Assembly (NCBI GenBank): GCA_965116495.1
Contig: OZ220696.1
Location: forward strand, 64,001 to 128,000
DNA from: Gammaproteobacteria bacterium
GTDB taxonomy: Bacteria > Pseudomonadota > Gammaproteobacteria > Eutrophobiales > Eutrophobiaceae
DNA length: 64,000 bases
Direction of reading: 5' to 3'
Shown here: piece by piece, positions 58,551 through 64,000 of the stretch
How the letters are laid out: each line of letters opens with the position of its first letter
Position numbering within the stretch: position 1 is the stretch's first letter
Made by a program: the position numbers and the translations under genes
The notes under the pieces: generated by a model
What the model was told of the DNA's origin: nothing
Seen by the model: only the letters and a program-made list of their open reading frames with translations
Database searches by the model: none

Positions 58551-59358
58551 CCCGGTAACAGGTCCCCGGCAGGGCAGCGCCACGCAGGAGGAAATGCCCT
58601 TTGCGGTAGTGCAGGGCGTTCCTGTGAGCGAAATTCCCAAGGACCTGTATATTCCGCCGGATGCACTGGAAGTATTCCTGGAAGCATTCGCCGGCCCGCT
58701 GGACTTGTTGCTGTACCTGATCAAACGCCAGAACCTGGACATCCTCGATATACCCATTGCCAGGGTGACGGAGCAATATATGGGTTACATCGAATTGATG
58801 GAGGTACTACAGCTGGAACTGGCCGGGGAATACCTGGTCATGGCGGCTATGCTGGCCGAGATTAAATCGAGAATGCTGCTGCCGCGCCCGGTCCAGGATG
58901 ATGAGGAGGAGGACCCGCGCGCGGAACTGGTGCGCCGCTTGCAGGAATACGAAATTTACAAGCAGGCGGCACAGGATATCGATGAATTGCCGCGGCTTGG
59001 CCGTGACTGCTTTGCGGCAATCATTGATTTTCCGGATAAGAGCATTCGCACTCGCCCGCCCGAAGTGTCACTGGATGTTATTTTGCAGACGTTTGCGGAG
59101 GTCCTGCAGCGCGCCGAAGTGTATTCCCACCATCATATCCAGCGCGAACCCTTGTCGGTCAGGGAACGCATGGTATCCATACTGGACCGGATCGGTGCAG
59201 AGGATTTTACCGATTTCAAGGATCTGTTTGTGGTCGAAGAGGGCAAGGCCGGGGTCATCGTGGTCTTGCTGGCCATACTGGAACTGGCAAAAGAAGCCCT
59301 GATCGACATGGTGCAGAACGAAACCAACGGGCCGATCTACATCAAGTCTGTAGTATGA
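58543..59358 (+). CDS. scpA: Segregation and condensation protein A
   Basis: F.GPLDLLLYLI, EYLVMAA.L.EIKSRMLLP, DPRAELVRRL. Confidence 0.94.
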   Translation: MADPVTGPRQGSATQEEMPFAVVQGVPVSEIPKDLYIPPDALEVFLEAFAGPLDLLLYLIKRQNLDILDIPIARVTEQYMGYIELMEVLQLELAGEYLVMAAMLAEIKSRMLLPRPVQDDEEEDPRAELVRRLQEYEIYKQAAQDIDELPRLGRDCFAAIIDFPDKSIRTRPPEVSLDVILQTFAEVLQRAEVYSHHHIQREPLSVRERMVSILDRIGAEDFTDFKDLFVVEEGKAGVIVVLLAILELAKEALIDMVQNETNGPIYIKSVV

Positions 59359-60035
59359 ATCACGCCGAATTGAAAAAGCTGGTGGAAGCCGCGCTGATGG
59401 TGATTGCCCAGCCCCTGAGTATCAGCGACATGTTATCCATGTTCGAGGATGACCTGGAGAAGCCCGGCCGTAATGAAGTCAGGAAAGCGCTGGATGAGTT
59501 ACGCGAAGACTATGCCGAACGCGGCGTGGAACTGAAGGAGGTGGCCAGTGGTTTTCGTTTTCAGGCCCGTTCGGATTTTGCGGGATGGATAAACCGGTTG
59601 TATGACGAAAGACCCCAGCGCTATTCCCAGGCGCTGCTGGAAACCCTGGCCATTATTGCCTACCAGCAACCCGTAACCCGAGGCGAAATTGAGAATATCC
59701 GCGGCGTCAGTCTCAGCACCGGCATTGTCCGCACCCTGTTTGAACGTGAATGGATAAAGGTAGTGGGTCACCGGGATGCGCCGGGTCATCCCGAGTTACT
59801 GGCAACTACGAAGCAGTTTCTTGATTATTTCAACCTGAAGGAACTGGCGGAATTGCCGTCACTGGGAGAGATAAAGGACATTGACCAAATCGAACCCGAC
59901 CTGTTTGAAAGCGTGGATCAAGCGCTGGATACCGGGGTGCAGCCTGCCCCTGAAGTTGCGGAGGAGGGTTCTGCCGAAGGCGTGTTCGAGGAGAGTAACA
60001 TCATTCCCTTTTCCAACCAGCCCGGTAGTGGCTGA
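59355..60035 (+). CDS. scpB: Segregation and condensation protein B
   Basis: LETLAIIAYQQPVTRGEIE.IRGV, TT..FLDYF.L. Confidence 0.95.
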   Translation: MNHAELKKLVEAALMVIAQPLSISDMLSMFEDDLEKPGRNEVRKALDELREDYAERGVELKEVASGFRFQARSDFAGWINRLYDERPQRYSQALLETLAIIAYQQPVTRGEIENIRGVSLSTGIVRTLFEREWIKVVGHRDAPGHPELLATTKQFLDYFNLKELAELPSLGEIKDIDQIEPDLFESVDQALDTGVQPAPEVAEEGSAEGVFEESNIIPFSNQPGSG

Positions 60036-60789
60036 CCGAATTCAAAAAGTCCTGGCGTCCATTGGTGTGGGTTCGCGCCGTCATATTGACGGCTTGATCA
60101 AGGCCGGGCGCGTGCGCGTTAACGGAAACGTCGCAAAACCGGGAGACAAGATCAGGACGACAGACCGGGTTGTAATCGACCGGCGCAGGATCCGGTTAAA
60201 TCCTCTGTCAGCGGACAGTGCAGGGGACAGGCCCAGGGTGCTGGCCTATTACAAACCCGAAGGAGAAATTTGTACGGTAAAAGACCCTGAGGGCCGGAGG
60301 ACGGTTTTTGCAAACCTGCCGAAGCTGCATCGGGGACGCTGGATCAGTATCGGACGCCTGGACATCAACAGTTGCGGCCTGTTGCTGTTCACCGACAATG
60401 GCGCGCTGGCGAATAACCTGATGCACCCGCGTAACCAGGTGGAACGCGAGTATGCCGTGCGCGTATCGGGCCGGGCTCGCCAGGAACAGCTTAATGCCCT
60501 GCTGAAAGGCGTCCGGCTTGAGGATGGCATAGCCCGCTTTGCCAGTATCACGGACGGTGGAGGCAAGGGCAGGAACCACTGGTATCACGTGATTATCATG
60601 GAGGGGCGAAACCGGGAAGTTCGGCGTCTGTGGGAGTCACAGGGTCTGCTGACGAACCGACTCATACGGATAAGATACGGATCTTACAGCCTGCCCCGTA
60701 TCAAGCGCCCCAGCCAGTCCTGGGAACTGAAACAGCAAGAGATTGATGCGTTACTGCAGGATGCAGGACACAACAACGGATATCAGTAA
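60028..60789 (+). CDS. rluB: 23S rRNA pseudouridine synthase RluB family
   Basis: GTG start; S4 domain RIQKVLA..G.GSRR; GRLD catalytic motif; EGRNREVRR. Confidence 0.9.
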   Translation: MADRIQKVLASIGVGSRRHIDGLIKAGRVRVNGNVAKPGDKIRTTDRVVIDRRRIRLNPLSADSAGDRPRVLAYYKPEGEICTVKDPEGRRTVFANLPKLHRGRWISIGRLDINSCGLLLFTDNGALANNLMHPRNQVEREYAVRVSGRARQEQLNALLKGVRLEDGIARFASITDGGGKGRNHWYHVIIMEGRNREVRRLWESQGLLTNRLIRIRYGSYSLPRIKRPSQSWELKQQEIDALLQDAGHNNGYQ

Positions 60790-60906
60790 TACTCCCCGGC
60801 CCTGTGCGGGTCGTCCATATCCTGCCAGCTATATGATCTTTGACTTTTCAGGGATTTCCTTTAACCTTGACATCCCTTTATGTATTGAATCGGTAAACCA
60901 TCCATT

Positions 60907-61662
60907 ATGACCAGCAGACAACCCCTGGTAGCGGCCAACTGGAAGATGAACGGCAGCCGTGCATCCGTCACCGCGCTGTTGCACGGGTTCCGGCAGGGCC
61001 TGCCTGTGGACGGTGTGGAAGCCCTGGTATGTGCGCCTCATATCCATATTCCACTGGCGGCAGAGAAACTGGCCGGGAGCACAATCGGGCTGGGGGCGCA
61101 GACGGTCTCGGAATATGCAAACGGCGCCTACACGGGTGAGATATCGGCGCATATGCTGCAGGATTACGGTTGCCGATATGTTATCATCGGCCACTCGGAG
61201 CGGCGCCATATCTTCGCCGAAACCAACGAGACGGTGGCGAACAAGTTCCGTTTTGCCCGGGAGAGCGGGCTGAAGGTCATACTGTGCCTGGGAGAACGGC
61301 TGCAGGAAAGAGAGGCGGACATGACCGAACAGGTCTTGTCGGAACAGTTGGACGCGGTGATCGACAAGGCGGGAATAGATGCCTTTGACGGCGCCGTGAT
61401 CGCTTATGAGCCGGTATGGGCCATAGGGACGGGGCGGACTGCAACGCCGGAACTGGCCCAGGCGGCCCACAGCTTCATCCGCTTGCAGGTGGCCAGGCAC
61501 AATGACCGGATTGCGGACGAATTACGTATCCTGTACGGAGGCAGCGTGAAAGCGGACAACGCCGCAGGGTTGTTTTCCATGGCGGACGTGGATGGTGGGC
61601 TGATTGGCGGCGCATCATTGAAAGTTGATGATTTCCTGGCAATTTGCCGGGCAGCGAGGTAA
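60907..61662 (+). CDS. tpiA: Triosephosphate isomerase
   Basis: ANWKMNG, GHSERR, AYEPVWAIGTG, YGGSVK. Confidence 0.98.
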   Translation: MTSRQPLVAANWKMNGSRASVTALLHGFRQGLPVDGVEALVCAPHIHIPLAAEKLAGSTIGLGAQTVSEYANGAYTGEISAHMLQDYGCRYVIIGHSERRHIFAETNETVANKFRFARESGLKVILCLGERLQEREADMTEQVLSEQLDAVIDKAGIDAFDGAVIAYEPVWAIGTGRTATPELAQAAHSFIRLQVARHNDRIADELRILYGGSVKADNAAGLFSMADVDGGLIGGASLKVDDFLAICRAAR

Positions 61663-61664
61663 AA

Positions 61665-62036
61665 ATGGGAACGTTACAAGCTCTATTACTGGTAGTTCAG
61701 GTGATCTGCGCTATCGCTTTGATCGGGTTCATCCTGATACAACACGGCAAGGGCGCGGATGCCGGCGCGGCCTTCGGCAGCGGCGCATCGACCACGGTAT
61801 TCGGTGCCTCGGGTTCCGGCAACTTCCTGACCAAAACAACGACGGCCCTGGCTTTTGTATTCCTGGTCAATAGCTTGGTGTTGGCCTGGATGGCCAAGGA
61901 GCGCAGCATGGAGGCGAGGGAATTGAACATAATTGAGCCGATGGTGCTTGAGCAGCCGGTTGAAGAAGCTCAGATCGATCCTGCCAATATACCTGTGGAA
62001 GTGCCTGAATCGGATATTTCGTCAATTCCCGAATAA
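61665..62036 (+). CDS. secG: Preprotein translocase subunit SecG
   Basis: LIQHGKGADAGAAFGSGAS.T.FG.SGS.NFL. Confidence 0.95.
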   Translation: MGTLQALLLVVQVICAIALIGFILIQHGKGADAGAAFGSGASTTVFGASGSGNFLTKTTTALAFVFLVNSLVLAWMAKERSMEARELNIIEPMVLEQPVEEAQIDPANIPVEVPESDISSIPE

Positions 62037-62055
62037 CAAAAAAACTCCCTACCGT

Positions 62056-62138
62056 GCCGATGTGGTGGAATTGGTAGACACGCTGTCTTGAGGGGGCAGT
62101 GCCCAAAAGGCGTGCCGGTTCGAATCCGGCCATCGGCA
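62056..62138 (+). tRNA. tRNA-Leu (anticodon GAG); CCA not encoded
   Basis: Acceptor stem GCCGATG/CATCGGC+A, D-loop TGGTAGAC, anticodon arm CTGTC-TTGAGGG-GGCAG, long variable arm, GGTTCGAATCC; canonical position after secG. Confidence 0.96.
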
Positions 62139-62158
62139 TTCAAATTTTGTTGTCCTTA

Positions 62159-62425
62159 TCAGCTTACTTTTGCCTTGAGCGGAAACCTGTCGGGGTTTTT
62201 AATAATCTCTTTGGTCAAATCCACGTCAATCGCCGGCCAGTAATAATGATCTGGAGATAATTCTTCTACATTCAGCACTGCGTCAATGGATTGTTTTTTG
62301 AACCAGGGGAAGTCTTCATAGGACATAAAAAACTCCTCATTATGCGCGAACAGCCATATTCCATGTGAGGAAACATGCGTAACCTCAACCGCTGAAGTGT
62401 CGCTCCCAAGCGCTGATGATCTCAT
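62159..62425 (-). CDS. DUF2442-family protein (putative antitoxin-like partner)
   Basis: GIWL...EEFFMSYEDFPWF...YWPAIDVDL...I.NP..FPL; overlaps the DUF4160 gene. Confidence 0.75.
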   Translation of the reverse strand: MRSSALGSDTSAVEVTHVSSHGIWLFAHNEEFFMSYEDFPWFKKQSIDAVLNVEELSPDHYYWPAIDVDLTKEIIKNPDRFPLKAKVS

Positions 62426-62624
62426 GGTAATGTTCCTCAATTAAGTTTTCGATATTTTTCAGATGTTTTCTCGAATAATGATAATTTTTCGCAAGTTCAA
62501 TTTCCGGTTCCAGCCAAAATTTGGCTTCACCTTCCGCTGACAGGACATGTACGTGCTTGCGCGCCTCTTCTCTTGAAAAAAAGAAAAACCGGTATCCATG
62601 CGCTCTGAAAATTGTGGGACTCAT
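62385..62624 (-). CDS. DUF4160-family protein
   Basis: MSPTIF...GYRFFFFSREE...HVHV....EAKFWLEP...AW..HF. Confidence 0.8.
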   Translation of the reverse strand: MSPTIFRAHGYRFFFFSREEARKHVHVLSAEGEAKFWLEPEIELAKNYHYSRKHLKNIENLIEEHYHEIISAWERHFSG

Positions 62625-62847
62625 GCTTCAATCTGCTGACTGACACCCGGTTTATGCTTCAATGTTGTTCCTTAAAGAACACTTGGTTCTGGTTTACAAG
62701 ACAAGCGTATCATTGTTAAGGATATATGTCATAGGTGGGCTGTTCAGGTCAAAATGCAACTGACAAAATTAATCAGGATATATTGATCGATGGATTCAGC
62801 GGCAACATCGTTTGGCCCATAACCCTGTGGCACCGCCTGACACGCCT

Positions 62848-64000
62848 TCAGACAGGCACATTAACAACCGGGCAACCGGACAATGTGCCGGGAATGACAA
62901 TTTCCATCCAGCGATGATAGGTATCCATACTACGGCCGGCAATTTGCTTCGGCCAGTGAATTTCCGCATCAAAAGGGAACACCTGCGCAGTAGGCAAGAC
63001 CAGGAAGTCGAATTGGGCAAACGCTTGTCGTAAGGCGCCATACCAAAGTCCCCTGGCTCTCGAGGCTGCTGCAACCTGGTCACCTGAAATAGTCTCTCCA
63101 GCTTCGATTTCCCAGATTAATTCCGGTTTCAACTGCGCACGTGTCTGCGGGTTTTGATATAAAGGCAATGCCCTGGCACGCACCAGCCAATGGCGAAAAG
63201 TCAGCCAGGTTTGCCACAATAGTTCCATGGAATAATCCAGTGTTACCTGTTCAACAATACAGCCATTGTCACGAAAGCCCTGCAATGCTGTTTCACAAAG
63301 GGAAAGTATGCCGTCTTCCATTGGCAGGTAGCCATTGAAATCACCTAGCCAACCTATTCTTACATCCCTGAAATCCTTCGCCAGAGGCCGGCTGAACTGT
63401 GCCGGCTCACACTTCAGTGATGTTGGAGACCCGGGGTGATAACCGGCCATGGTCGATAACAACATGGCGGTGTCCCGTACATTTCTGCCCATGGGGCCGT
63501 TACAGGGTAATTCTTCAATAAACGAGTCGCTCAAGGGCACCAGGCCCGGCGTCGGCCGATAGCCGATGACATTATTAAAGGCAGCGGGATTACGTAATGA
63601 GCCCATCAAATCACTGCCGTCCGCGACCGGCAACATCTGTAAAGCCAATGCGGCTGCGGCGCCACCACTGCTGCCGCCGGCCGAACTGCGCCCATCATAA
63701 GCATTGACAGTGGTGCCGAAAACGGGATTGTATGTGTGCGAACCGAGGCCGAATTCCGGCACGTTGGTTTTACCGATGATGATGGCGCCGGCGTCTTTAA
63801 TGCGTGCTACATGGATTGAATCCTCAACGGCAATATTGTCCCTGAATATCGGTGAACCCCGGGTGGTTTTCAGTCCTTCGGCATCCGCGAGATCCTTTAT
63901 TGCTACCGGAAATCCATGCATCCAGCCCCTGTTGGTTCCCTGTGCCAGTTCCTGGTCGTATCGGGTCGCCTGCAGCATCAAAGAATCAGGGTCCTGCAGA
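62848..64000 (-). pseudogene. Amidase-signature family enzyme, 5' end outside the window, apparently C-terminally truncated
   Basis: HGFPVAIKDL, GKTNVPEFG, GGSSGG, GSDLMGSLRNPA. The frame is open to the edge and stops right after PVVNVPV, lacking the usual GLP.G.Q..G tail. Confidence 0.7.

Noticed and set aside
61867-62139. 90-aa ORF antisense to tRNA-Leu and secG
   Set aside because: A shadow ORF across a confident tRNA and CDS. The same applies to the many other antisense or nested ORFs in the track (e.g. 28838-29761, 31376-32284).

Overview
A 64 kb chromosomal segment of a moderately GC-rich gammaproteobacterium. Most of it is core genes: clpA(partial)-clpS, aceA, dapE, a TonB2-type operon (DUF3450/ttpC/exbB/exbD/tonB/TPR), ETF-QO, sulfur assimilation (tauE, cysB, cysH, rhodanese), birA-coaX, ubiA, recG-spoT-rpoZ-gmk, a purine catabolism/salvage cluster (adenine/adenosine deaminase, uraH, xdhABC, puuD, two PRTases, a divergent GuaB-family enzyme), a TonB-dependent receptor, dam, bolA-yciB-yciO-trpS-scpAB-rluB, tpiA-secG-tRNA-Leu, a DUF4160/DUF2442 pair and a truncated amidase. 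The least explained signals are these. (1) A class III cyclase and a CRP-family gene are followed by a CRP box at about -41.5 of a promoter that would drive an unannotated ~170-nt RNA with five GGA-loop hairpins, a candidate cNMP-controlled CsrA/RsmA sponge. (2) A paired STAND-like ATPase / ATPase-wHTH-TPR operon has a triple palindromic operator-like motif and overlaps the gmk start codon. (3) A dispersed element has heptamer-repeat inverted arms and a conserved core. (4) A 1.6 kb insert is bounded by a 39-bp duplication of the GuaB-like gene 3' end. (5) A Schlafen/AlbA_2 protein has an unusual beta-rich C-terminus. (6) REP-like palindromes sit in frame in xdhA/B/C. No CRISPR array, rRNA, integrase or transposase was seen. 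All calls come from motif recognition by eye; no database searches were run.
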